Shown in pieces: positions 8,996-18,722 of a stretch of DNA of 64,000 nt (its first letter is position 1; the number at the start of each line of letters is the position of its first letter). Below the pieces are notes generated by a model. The model made no database searches, had not been told where the DNA came from, and was given only the letters and a program-made list of their open reading frames with translations. A program made the translations under genes and the position numbers. Source of the DNA: Planctomycetota bacterium (GTDB lineage: Bacteria; Planctomycetota; Phycisphaerae; WQYP01). Where the stretch lies: NCBI GenBank assembly GCA_021800165.1, contig JAJYZF010000010.1, positions 2,194 through 66,193 of the forward strand, given 5' to 3'.

Positions 8996-9017
8996 CAGGT
9001 GAGAGTTGAACAGGCGA
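8996..9017. repeat. Spacer repeat B, copy 2
   Basis: Identical to 5836-5857. Confidence 0.8.
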
Positions 9018-9214
9018 CAGCGGCGCACCAAGAAGTTGTGCGTGATTTTAATGGCGTGGTTACCTGCATAGGTTTGGCATCCTGAGGTGGAAAGGCTAGA
9101 TTTTCTTCGCTGAGAAAATGGCTCTTTTGTGCCAGCACTTATGGTTGCGGTGAATGCAACACCTCCAGAGATCAAATTGGCCGCGAGGTATCGCCGCCGT
9201 AAAAACTTCGTTGC

Positions 9215-10585
9215 CTTTGACCGCTGACCGCCGACCGCTTCCCAACATCCTTTATACGCCCCTGCGTACCTTCGTGCCCATTGTGGTAAAAAACCGTCAT
9301 CGCCGTTAAGGCATGGATGCCGAAATCCCGATGGCGCAGGAGCCGCGCATCGGGACTGACCGCCGACCGCTCATCGCTTCCCAACATCCCCCGCCGTCCT
9401 CTAAATCTGTGAAATCTGTGTAAGGCGTTTATCCCGACGTCCATCGGGATGGATCCCCCCGTCCGTCCTTCGCGCTCCTCTGCGTCCCCAGCGGTGAATA
9501 ATCATCTCCCGTCTCGTCGCGGCGCAGCCGCCAGCCCTCCGTCTTCCTTGAGCTCTACTGTTCACCTGTTCACCTATCACCTTTCTCGCGCAGCGCCCCA
9601 TCCTCTGCGGTCCTCTGCGTCCCCTGCGGTGAACACTCCTGCGGCCGCAGCCGCCTTTAACTCCTAGCTCCCAGATTCTAACTCCTGCGGCCACAGCCGC
9701 CGTCTCCCGTCTCGCGGGCCGCAGCCCGCGCCATTACCCTCCCCCATACCCCGCCTATCACTCATCAAGCGGAACTCCCGATGGAAGGCTCATTCCCGAT
9801 GGCTATTGGGACGCGCCAAGCCTCGTTCCGCCTGACCGCAGGCCCCCAAACCGCCCGCGATCACTGACAAGTAAATACGTACCCCGCCGCGTGGCCCCTC
9901 GAAGCCACAGGCCAGGCACCACACCAAAATAAGGAATTCGACCCATGCCCATGCTGCGCCCACAAAACGAAAAAAAGCCCCCTCAACCCGGAAAATTAAA
10001 AATGTTTGGCCACATTGCCCATCTTGGCCATCTTACCCCCAAAACCCCAACAAAACCGCCCATTTTTCAACCTGTCCAAGACGGCCAACCCCCAAAACCT
10101 TGGCCACCTTGGCCATCTTGCCCGTCCCCGCCCTCCCGCTCTGCGTACCTCTGCGTCCGAAGTTTATCCCGATGTCTGTCGGGACGGTAAAAAATCGTCA
10201 TCGCCGTTGAGGCATGGATGCCGAAATCCCGATGGGGCAGGAGCCAAGCATCGGGAACTCCTGTCTCCTGACCCCTGACTCCTAACTCCCGTCGCGGCAT
10301 GGATGGCGAAATCTCCCGATGTCCCGTAGGCCCAACGCCGTTCGGGAGAGTCGCCAATCGGGAACTCCCGTCTCCTGACTCCTGACTTCTGACTCCTAAC
10401 TCCCGTCGCGGCATGGATGCCGAAATCTCCCGACGCATCGGGACAGGAGCCAAGCATCGGGAAGGCATGGATGCCGAAATCCCGATGTCCCGTAGGCCCA
10501 ACGCCGTTCGGGGGAGCCACCAATCGGGACCTCCCAACTCCTAAGTCCTAGCTCCCAGCTCCTAGCTCCCAACTCCTAACTCCTT
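9215..10585. repeat. Non-coding field of nested REP-like palindromes and short tandem repeats
   Basis: GGCATGGATG(C/G)CGAAAT(CT)CCCGA...ATCGGGA at 9310, 10211, 10296, 10410, 10464; CTCCT(G/A)A heptamer runs near 9660, 10260, 10375, 10535; GGCCATCTT-like nonamers 10008-10120. Confidence 0.85.
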
Positions 10586-10793
10586 ACCAAAAAAACTTGT
10601 TGATCTTGTGGATCTTGAGAATCTTACCCAATGCCGCGCGGGTGAAGGGCTTTGGAGAAATGCCGGGGTGTGTCCAAAAATCTTTGCGCCGTGCGAAGAA
10701 TTTGCAGGTTTGTGGCATTGAGTCAGCCGACATGCTACCAGAATGTTCCGATGGTCCAGCCTAAGTACCGCAAGAGAGCCGACCTGATGCGCT

Positions 10794-13700
10794 TCATTGC
10801 GCCGATGCGGCAACCGACCGTACGTCGGCGATTCGCAGATAATAATTACGGATGATCCGGCGATAACCGGACGGGAATTTTTGCCTGGCGAGATTCAGCA
10901 GCCGCAGTTGTTGCAGCGGTCCAAGGTGTTCCCATTGCGCTGGACTGATGCCCAAGGCCGTTATTTGCAAAGGCACCATTCCGGCGCTCGTCAGCGGTCC
11001 CGAAAGGCCCGTTCCGGCGCTGCCCGGCGCGTGGCCCAAAGCCGAATGGCTTGCGCTGCCACTTCCAGGCTTGCCATGATTTCCACCGGCCATAGCTGAT
11101 GACTGCAAGGCGTCAGCCAGCGTTGCCCAGGCCCGGGTCAGCGACTGCGCTGCGGCGATCGCGGCTCCGGCATTGCCGGAGAGCGCTTGTGGTTGGGCGG
11201 CTAGCGCTGCCTGTACGTGTCGGGCTACCGCGGTCATGGTGTTCGAAGGGGTGCGGCCTGCGCCGTCCTGGCTGGAACCCGCCGCAGGACTACCTGCCCC
11301 GGCCGGGCGTTGCCAACGAGTGCCCATCGACGTGTTATGCGCTAGCGTCCTCATTTCCCCGCTGGCCGTACGCATTTCGGCCAGGGCTTGGCCCTGATAA
11401 TTCTGAGCCTCTTGTCGATCCTGGGTGGATTGCGCCGCGGCCGCCTGAGCTTGGGCCGTGTCGGCTCTTTGCATTTGTTGCAAAGCCGTTTCCAGATGCT
11501 CGGCCACATTTGGCGCACCGTCACGAGCTTCTTGTTGTAATTTTCGCCCTTCGGCAATGGCTCTGGCAATGGCCGCGGCAGTCTGGTGCTGGCCGTTTTC
11601 CACCGCTTGGGCTGTCGGTGTGTGATGGGCCGCCGCCGTCCGCGCGGCAAGGGTGGCCTGTCGGCTGGCCAATGCTCGGGCTCGCATGGCTGCCTCGGTC
11701 GCCTGCTGCGCCAAGTGCTTCTGTGATTCAAGGTGTTGCGTCTGGTCGCGTGTAGCCTTTGCCAAATGGTTATAAGCCTTTTGCAACAAACTTGCCCCGG
11801 CACCGCCGGATTGATGCGTGACTTGTTCCACCGCCTGCTTGGCATCGGCTCTGGCCTGAAGCAGATTCGCCCGCTCCCGCCTTGGCGGGTTTTCGTCAAG
11901 CATGTGGTGCACCTGCCGCCGAATGGCATCCGCTGCTGGCACCATGCGGTGCAGCGCTTGTGCCGCGTCTGGTTGTTGCCCAGTGGCCGTTGCCGTTTGA
12001 ACCTGTCGCGAAAGTTGGTTCAAGGATGCTTGATCACGCTTCGCCTGACTGAACTTGTGTTGGGCCGCAGGCGTCTGGGTCTGCTGGGCATACCGGTCCA
12101 ATTGCCTGGCCATGGCCCGCAAGGTCTGCACGATATTGTTACGTGCTTCCCTGGCCACTGCGGCATCGCCGCGGCTTTCCAGGGCGCGGCTTACGGCTCG
12201 CATCATCGCTGGGGTAACCGGCTGCGCCGACGCTGCGGCAATCGTCGGCTTATAGCGCTGGTTGAAACGCGTTATTTGTCGGTTCAGAATCTGCTGTTGG
12301 TCGGCCAGATGCTCCAAAGCGCTCCGCTGGGCTTGCCGAAAAATAGCCGGATGCAAATCAATATTTTCCACCGCCTGTCGGCGCACAATGGTGGCTACTT
12401 GTTGGGCTAACTGGCTGATGGCTGCCGCCATGTGCTTGGCGGCCGGAATTTGCAGTGATGGATGTTGACGCAACAACTGTTGCAGTTGTTGGGCCAAAGC
12501 CTGTTGGTCGTGGTAAGCAAGGTGGCGGGACCCGCTGTGGGCGAGCCTTTGAGCGATGGAGTGCTGCCGACGTGCCAACCGGGCCAGTGAATTCTTCAAG
12601 GCCGCACGAGCCTTGGCCTGATCCAAGGTGTGCAGCAGCCGCAACAGCGACGCTTGCGCTCGCTTTAGCCCCATCCGGCCAATCCGGGCCAACTCTGGCA
12701 TGGAGATGGGACGCGGCTGATCCGCAGCCAGACCGGTGCGGGCCAGATCATTGGCGGCCACCTGCACCGGACCGTGGGCCACACGAATGGCTTGTGCTGC
12801 TACCGCGCCAAAATCGCTCGCCAAGAGGGTCTTGGCCTGTTGCGCCAGAGTCTGCCCCGTGCGCAACACCCGCGCGGCCGCATCGGCCACCGCCGCCTTG
12901 CGTGCGGGATCCACCGCCCTGTACCTGGGCCAACCGACCAGCACCCGGACCTGGGTACGGCCCACCTTTACCGCGGTTAACGTCTGCACAATGGCTTTTC
13001 GCAGCAACTTCCATAATTTGTTATCCTGCCGGGTTTGATATTGGTGCCGCAGGTGGGCATCAACGATAAGCTCATGGCGGGCGGTCATGGCAAAATGGGC
13101 TTGCGGTCGGGCATTATCCAAGGCCTCGAGTTTATAATAAATCGTGTGGGCAGCGGCTCGGCCAGCCGCTCGGATCTGCGATTGCACCGCCATGATCCAA
13201 CTGCTTTTAATGGCCTTGGCGGGCTTGGGCGGTAAGGTCATATTGACGGTTCGCGGGGAAGAACCATCGGTCCACACCAAAGCCCGGATCGCCGAAATTC
13301 CATAGCTGTCGGTAGCGCTAAATACCACCGGTACGTGATCATCAGGCCGTACCCGCACCGTTAAGGCGGGGGTGAGAATATGGATCGTCGGCGGCCAGGC
13401 CGCATCCACCGTCACCGGCCATGGATGTTTGCTGATCGTCTTGACTCCATGGCGGTTGACCAACACCACCGCATAAGTGGCGTTGTGCGTCAACACCAGC
13501 TTCGCCTGATACGCCCGCGGACCATAAGCCATCAGCGGCAGCGTTTCCGGTGGACCGATATTTGGATTTACCATCAGCCGGCTCCCCACCGCCAGCAATT
13601 CGGTGGTATGAATAATCACCTGAACATGTGAACCAAACAGTCCGTGGATGGCTCCGCTGTGGTCATGAATAATTTTTTCCGGCAGCCCGGTATATGCCGG

Positions 13701-14420
13701 AAAGCGGTACCGTTTTTCAAAGAACGTAATCGTCGGCCCTTGTTCCACCGGGCCGGAATGTCGGTGAACGGATACGGCCGGTCCGGCGGCCGCCAGCCAG
13801 GGGAACACCGATCTTTGCACTCCCAGCGTCAGCGTTTGCGGCATCAGTGGCCAAAGGATGGCCCACGTGAGCACCAACGGGGCGCAAAGACCGGCCCAGC
13901 GTATCAATTTGGCGGTGGAAACAGCTTGCTCCGGATCTACAGCGTGCACATCATCAGCCGCCTGGTTAATAACGTGATGAACCAACTGCGGCGATCCCAT
14001 AAAGGGGTCCGGTCGTTTTTGGGCAAATTCCACGGCACTTAGAAAAAGTTCTTGCGATTGCGGTATGAGAGCATCCATGGTAGATGCGGCCGCCTGCAGA
14101 TTTACCCTTCGCAGAGCTGGACCAAGCACCCGCAGACATAACCCCGCCGGCACCACCCAGACCAGCAGAGCCAACACCCAACGCAGCGCCAGGGGCATGT
14201 GCGTGAATTCTCCCAGCAGGAGCACCCCGGCCAAGGCGACCGCCAAACTTACAAAGAGCACCCGTAATACCGCCAGACTGATCCGCACACTACGCTGCCG
14301 CCGCGCCACGCTTTGTAGCGATTCATGCAAGTTATCGGGCATCCGCCCTTTCGTTGCTGGATTGAAATTGCGAGCCATCATTGCCCATCCGCTTGAAACT
14401 CTGCCATGGCTTAAAATCAA
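10794..14420 (-). CDS. Large membrane-anchored coiled-coil protein (DUF4175-like, Planctomycete type)
   Basis: N-terminal TMs, FPAYTGLP Ig-like region, ATDSYGI, long Gln/Ala helices, C-terminal FPSGYRRIIRNYY; start uncertain. Confidence 0.75.
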   Translation of the reverse strand: MILSHGRVSSGWAMMARNFNPATKGRMPDNLHESLQSVARRQRSVRISLAVLRVLFVSLAVALAGVLLLGEFTHMPLALRWVLALLVWVVPAGLCLRVLGPALRRVNLQAAASTMDALIPQSQELFLSAVEFAQKRPDPFMGSPQLVHHVINQAADDVHAVDPEQAVSTAKLIRWAGLCAPLVLTWAILWPLMPQTLTLGVQRSVFPWLAAAGPAVSVHRHSGPVEQGPTITFFEKRYRFPAYTGLPEKIIHDHSGAIHGLFGSHVQVIIHTTELLAVGSRLMVNPNIGPPETLPLMAYGPRAYQAKLVLTHNATYAVVLVNRHGVKTISKHPWPVTVDAAWPPTIHILTPALTVRVRPDDHVPVVFSATDSYGISAIRALVWTDGSSPRTVNMTLPPKPAKAIKSSWIMAVQSQIRAAGRAAAHTIYYKLEALDNARPQAHFAMTARHELIVDAHLRHQYQTRQDNKLWKLLRKAIVQTLTAVKVGRTQVRVLVGWPRYRAVDPARKAAVADAAARVLRTGQTLAQQAKTLLASDFGAVAAQAIRVAHGPVQVAANDLARTGLAADQPRPISMPELARIGRMGLKRAQASLLRLLHTLDQAKARAALKNSLARLARRQHSIAQRLAHSGSRHLAYHDQQALAQQLQQLLRQHPSLQIPAAKHMAAAISQLAQQVATIVRRQAVENIDLHPAIFRQAQRSALEHLADQQQILNRQITRFNQRYKPTIAAASAQPVTPAMMRAVSRALESRGDAAVAREARNNIVQTLRAMARQLDRYAQQTQTPAAQHKFSQAKRDQASLNQLSRQVQTATATGQQPDAAQALHRMVPAADAIRRQVHHMLDENPPRRERANLLQARADAKQAVEQVTHQSGGAGASLLQKAYNHLAKATRDQTQHLESQKHLAQQATEAAMRARALASRQATLAARTAAAHHTPTAQAVENGQHQTAAAIARAIAEGRKLQQEARDGAPNVAEHLETALQQMQRADTAQAQAAAAQSTQDRQEAQNYQGQALAEMRTASGEMRTLAHNTSMGTRWQRPAGAGSPAAGSSQDGAGRTPSNTMTAVARHVQAALAAQPQALSGNAGAAIAAAQSLTRAWATLADALQSSAMAGGNHGKPGSGSASHSALGHAPGSAGTGLSGPLTSAGMVPLQITALGISPAQWEHLGPLQQLRLLNLARQKFPSGYRRIIRNYYLRIADVRSVAASAQ

Positions 14421-15314
14421 TTATACCCGATCTTCGGCCGCCACAGGCATCTTCAGCTTCAATAAAGGGAGGATACCGCTACTGGGGTGACCGGCGTTCT
14501 CCCCCGGTCAACAGCACGGCAATCCCGATTTAATAGGACCTGCGGAATATTCTCTTATTGTCGGGGTGGCAACCGGTCGAAAAAGCTACTATCCCGGCAC
14601 GGAGGCTATGTCGAGAGGCCAGGGATCGGTAGACAACTTTGCGTGGAAATGCCGGAGTAATGTTTAATGCCAGCCTCTTTGCGAATCACCCTGACCGATT
14701 CGTCGTTTGCTTTACGCATGCTACCCGGAGGTGACGCCGCAACTGCCACGGCCGCCGGCCGTTCTACAACAATTTCCGCTCCGCGCCATCGCATTCATGC
14801 TCATCCTGCGGCGAGCCGCCGGCTCAGGCACAGCGTTCGGTGCCAAGCAACACGACGATTGCCAAAACTCCTGGTTCCAGCGGGCACCACCTTTCCGATG
14901 TGAACATTCCATGGTCTAAACATGATGTCGCAGTTGGGACTGCGGGAGGTTGGGGGCGGCTTGGCTTTGGCCCGGTGGACAGATGGTCCATTTTCCACCC
15001 GCATTTTGTTGCGCGTTCGGGAGTTCGGCGGCAAGAATTGCTGAGGGTTTGGTGGCTTTTTTGGCGTGGCGGAAGCCCGGTGCTCCACGGCCCAATCCCA
15101 AAGGTCCCGTTAGTCGTTCGCAGACCGGGCCAAATGGTGGCGTAGCAGGAGGCGGACAATCCTTTCACCATGCCACCCGTACCCTCGCCGACCGCAAGGA
15201 ATTATCATTGCCGGTTTTGCCGCCCGGCAGACACCTCCCTTGCGTTCCACCGCCGGTCACCATGAAACTGCATCTATCCACAGAAATCGGTGAGCTGGTG
15301 TCATTTGACCTGCC

Positions 15315-15343
15315 TTGACAACTAACAGGATCCCGCGTACATT
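15315..15343 (+). promoter_or_regulatory. Sigma70-type promoter upstream of fluoride riboswitch 1
   Basis: TTGACA-N17-TACATT. Confidence 0.75.
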
Positions 15344-15362
15344 ATTTTGTGGGACAACCAAA

Positions 15363-15419
15363 GGAGATGGAGTCCTCCCGTAACCGCCCGGATCGAGATA
15401 TCAGGGCTAATGACTCCTG
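15363..15419 (+). ncRNA. Fluoride riboswitch (crcB motif) 1
   Basis: GGAGATGGAGTCCTCC..AACCGCCC...GGGCTAATGACTCCT fits the GATGG/AACCG/CTRATGAC..CCT consensus with GGAGTC:GACTCC pseudoknot pairing. Confidence 0.92.
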
Positions 15420-15615
15420 GCGAGTGTCGATGCGCTCGATACGGGCTTGAAGGCAAGCCAGCGTTGAGGTGTTGGTAGCCGGGAATTGATGGTTGCGGGT
15501 AGTTTACAGGCTCCGTCGGATCCTACTACACACGAAAACTTTTCGCTCCGCAGCGACGCCGTAGCCACCCAATGGAATCGGTTGGCGGGTCCGTTTGTCA
15601 TGGAGAATCGCTTCA

Positions 15616-16566
15616 ATGCCGCGGATGATAGCATATAACCTTTTGCAGGTGGCAGTGGTGCTGTTGGCCTCGCCGTTGGCGGTGGGCGTGCTCAACCGGC
15701 TCAAGGAGCGGGTACAGTCCAAACAGGGGTCAAGTATCTTTCAGGTGTACCGCGATATTTGGAAGTTATTCCACAAAGATCAGATTATTTCCGACCAAAG
15801 CACCTGGATTTTCCGCTTCACGCCTTACCTGATTTTTGCGGCCCCAATTTTAGTAACACTGCTGATTCCTGTGCTCACGAGTTATCCGCTGTTTTTTGCC
15901 TTTATGGGAGACATGCTGGGGGCTGGTTTTGTCCTGGCGCTGGGCGGATTTTTCGCAGCACTAGCCGCTGTGGACACAGGCAATCCGTATGGGGCGATGG
16001 GAGCGAGCCGCACCCGCATGGTCGGGTTTCTGGCCGAGCCGGTCTTTATGGTGGTGTTTTTCACGGTTTGTTTCGTGGCCAATTCCACCATTCCCTATAT
16101 TGTCCAGCAAACCTGGGTGCACCCGAAATCCAATTTTTTTGACCCATCGCACGTACTTATTGTTATTGCCTTTTTCATGCTTGTTCTTGCGGAAACGGGG
16201 AAAATACCCGTGGATAACCCGTCCGGCCATTTTGAATTGGCGATGATTGATGAATCCAAATCGCTGGAATATTCCGGGGCGGGCGCGGCCCTGGTGAAGT
16301 GGGGCGGCTGCATGAAATTTTTTGTTTTGCTGTGCGTGCTCCTCAATGTGCTCATCGCCCCGTGGGGCCTGGCTTCCGGAACAGGAATCGGCGATGTTGC
16401 CTGGGCAATTCCGCTGGTGTTGCTCAAAATCCTGGCCGCCATCCTAGCAATCACAGTGGTGGAAAGCTCGCTGGCGAAGTTGCGGCTGTTCCGGATTACG
16501 GCATTTCTAGGCCTGGCGCTGGTGGTGGCGGTGGCCGCCATGCTGGCACGTATGATGCGCATCTGA
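15616..16566 (+). CDS. hyfC: HyfC/HycD (NuoH-like) membrane subunit
   Basis: GASR, AETGKIPVDNP, ELAMIDE..LEYSG motifs; GGAG RBS. Confidence 0.88.
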   Translation: MPRMIAYNLLQVAVVLLASPLAVGVLNRLKERVQSKQGSSIFQVYRDIWKLFHKDQIISDQSTWIFRFTPYLIFAAPILVTLLIPVLTSYPLFFAFMGDMLGAGFVLALGGFFAALAAVDTGNPYGAMGASRTRMVGFLAEPVFMVVFFTVCFVANSTIPYIVQQTWVHPKSNFFDPSHVLIVIAFFMLVLAETGKIPVDNPSGHFELAMIDESKSLEYSGAGAALVKWGGCMKFFVLLCVLLNVLIAPWGLASGTGIGDVAWAIPLVLLKILAAILAITVVESSLAKLRLFRITAFLGLALVVAVAAMLARMMRI

Positions 16567-16570
16567 CCTG

Positions 16571-17263
16571 ATGGAGAAGCCGCCAATGGTAACGCACCCG
16601 ATCATGTCCTGGCTCAACGCTTGGAATCAACTGATGGCCGGCTTTTTCCTGCTTTGCAGCTTTGGACTTATTGCGGCGGCCCAGGTAACCGGCTGTATGC
16701 GCTTTTATGTTCTACAATCTCTGTTTCTCGCCTGTTCGGCGGCGTTGCTGGGCATGTTGGACAACAGCACCGATTTATTTATGGTCGCTGGCATCTATAT
16801 CATTGCCAAGGTGATCCTGATTCCCGTGCTCCTTAAACGCACGGCTCGCGAGGCAATGATCGCCCGGCGTGAACTGGTGCAGGTGATCGGGGTACCTTCC
16901 TCCCTGCTCATTGCGCTGGGCCTTACCCTGGTCGCCTATTATATCGCCCTGCCCCTGACCGCCGGAGCCAATAGCGGTACTCGAATCGGTCTACCCATTG
17001 GACTGGCAGCGGTTTTTATTGCGGCCTACACCATCACGGTACGGCGCGAAGCTTTGCCACAGATGCTAAGCCTGCTGGCCATTGAAAATGGGGCATTCTT
17101 TGCGGGCGACGCGATTGCTCCGCATTTTCCGCTTATTGGCGAACTTGCGGCGGTCTTCGATGTGCTGATGATCGTGTTGGTTCTGGGTGTGCTAAGCACA
17201 CAGGTGCACAGATCACTGGGCAATACGACCGTGGGTTCGCTGGCACAGCTTGGGGAGGATTAA
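16571..17263 (+). CDS. hyfE: HyfE-like membrane subunit
   Basis: AKVILIP, IENG, ELAAVFDV; operon order. Confidence 0.85.
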   Translation: MEKPPMVTHPIMSWLNAWNQLMAGFFLLCSFGLIAAAQVTGCMRFYVLQSLFLACSAALLGMLDNSTDLFMVAGIYIIAKVILIPVLLKRTAREAMIARRELVQVIGVPSSLLIALGLTLVAYYIALPLTAGANSGTRIGLPIGLAAVFIAAYTITVRREALPQMLSLLAIENGAFFAGDAIAPHFPLIGELAAVFDVLMIVLVLGVLSTQVHRSLGNTTVGSLAQLGED

Positions 17264-17267
17264 AGAC

Positions 17268-18722
17268 ATGTGGATTGGCCTGACCTTGCTGTTGCCGGTG
17301 GTGGCGATATTGATCACGGCGCTGCCGGTGCGCGCCGCTGTCGCCGGGACGGCTGCGGCACTTCTGGCGGCGCTCAACGTGGCGGTGGCCGCGACAATCG
17401 CGGTGCAATTGGCTGGACACTCGCCGGTAACTTTGGTACCGGGGTGGTTGGCCATTGATTCATTTGGCGGAATCGTACTGTTGCTGGAAACATTCGGGGC
17501 CTTGACAGCCCTGCTTTTTTCCGTCGGGTATCTGAAATCGCCGCACATTTCAGACCGACGGCTCAAGCGGTATCTGCTGTGGCTTCACCTGTTCCTCTTG
17601 GCGCTGTATGCCATTCCACTGCTCAATGAACTGGCTTTGGTGTGGTTGGCCCTGACCTTGACTACGTTGTTTTCAGTCTTTCTGGTGAGCTTTGAACGTA
17701 CTCCCGCAGCGTTGGAGGCGGGTTGGAAATATGCCCTGCTTACCACCTTGGGAGCCGCCTTGGCACTCTTGGGAATTCTGCTGCTTTACTGGGCCCTTAC
17801 CAAGGCCGGAGGCTCAGATTTCACCTGGCATGGGCTGACCCGCGCCGCTGGGGAAATGCCCGGGAGCATTGTCAGTCTGGCGTTTCTTTTGATGCTGGTG
17901 GGTTTTGGCACCAAAGCGGCGTTGATACCGTTTCATGCCTGGCTGCCTGATGCTTACAGTCAGGCACCATTTCCGGTGTGCGCGATGCTGTCAATTCTGG
18001 AAAGCGTGGCGATACCATACGTGATTTTGCGTCTGGTTGGCACTATTGGCGCTGCGCATGGCAGCCACGCCCCACAGTGGCTGCTGGTATTTGGCCTGGT
18101 CTCGGCGGGGGGGGCGGCACTGCTGATTTTGCAAACGCGTGAGTACAAGCGGTTATTCGCGTATTCCACCATTGAAAACACCGGGATTATACTAACGGCG
18201 GGGGCCATGGCCTCCAACCATTTGAAGCAGGCGGCCCTGTGGCAAATGATTGCGCACGGGTTCACCAAGCCGGTCATTTTTCTGGCTGCGGGAATCATGT
18301 TCGTGCTGGTCGGCAAGCTGCGCATTTCCGAAGTTCGCGGGGTGTTATCAGCCTCGTGGGTGGTCGGTTCAGTGGTGATGTTGGCCGGACTGGCCCTGGC
18401 TGGAGCACCGCCTTTTGCGATTTTTTTAAGCGAGTTGGCGATCTTAAAAAGCGGTATGGTGGGCAGTCAGGCTTGGGTGGTGATGCTGCTGGCGGCTTTT
18501 ATGATCGTTTCATTTTGTGCCATCACCTATCACCTCTTCAGAATGGTTTTAGGCAAGGCCCCCGAGGACTCCGCCCGGGATCGGTCGGTTATTGCCATCG
18601 CTTGCTGGTGGGCGCTGGTGGTGGCCTTGGTTCCGGTGGTTGTATTAGGTTGGTGGATGCCTCCATTTCTGCACCATTTAATAACGGGTGGTGCTGCGGC
18701 TCTGGGAGGAACGTCGCCATGA
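17268..18722 (+). CDS. hyfF: HyfF-like antiporter-type subunit
   Basis: ALEAGWKY, GFGTKAALIPFHAWLPDAYSQAP, KRLFAYSTIEN. Confidence 0.88.
   Translation: MWIGLTLLLPVVAILITALPVRAAVAGTAAALLAALNVAVAATIAVQLAGHSPVTLVPGWLAIDSFGGIVLLLETFGALTALLFSVGYLKSPHISDRRLKRYLLWLHLFLLALYAIPLLNELALVWLALTLTTLFSVFLVSFERTPAALEAGWKYALLTTLGAALALLGILLLYWALTKAGGSDFTWHGLTRAAGEMPGSIVSLAFLLMLVGFGTKAALIPFHAWLPDAYSQAPFPVCAMLSILESVAIPYVILRLVGTIGAAHGSHAPQWLLVFGLVSAGGAALLILQTREYKRLFAYSTIENTGIILTAGAMASNHLKQAALWQMIAHGFTKPVIFLAAGIMFVLVGKLRISEVRGVLSASWVVGSVVMLAGLALAGAPPFAIFLSELAILKSGMVGSQAWVVMLLAAFMIVSFCAITYHLFRMVLGKAPEDSARDRSVIAIACWWALVVALVPVVVLGWWMPPFLHHLITGGAAALGGTSP

Noticed and set aside
1279..9017. Integron attC sites (GTTGAAY occurs in the spacers)
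   Set aside because: No matching RYYYAAC inverse core at a suitable distance, no long imperfect palindrome, no integron integrase
10187..10530. CRISPR array
   Set aside because: Repeat spacing is irregular, the intervening sequences are themselves repeated or low-complexity, and no cas genes are present
9945..10537. Short ORFs in the repeat field
   Set aside because: Pro-rich or repetitive translations arising from nonamer/heptamer repeats
14421..15300. Possible small genes or ncRNA between the coiled-coil gene and riboswitch 1
   Set aside because: No recognisable motif, RBS-supported ORF or known RNA structure; cannot be supported without a search
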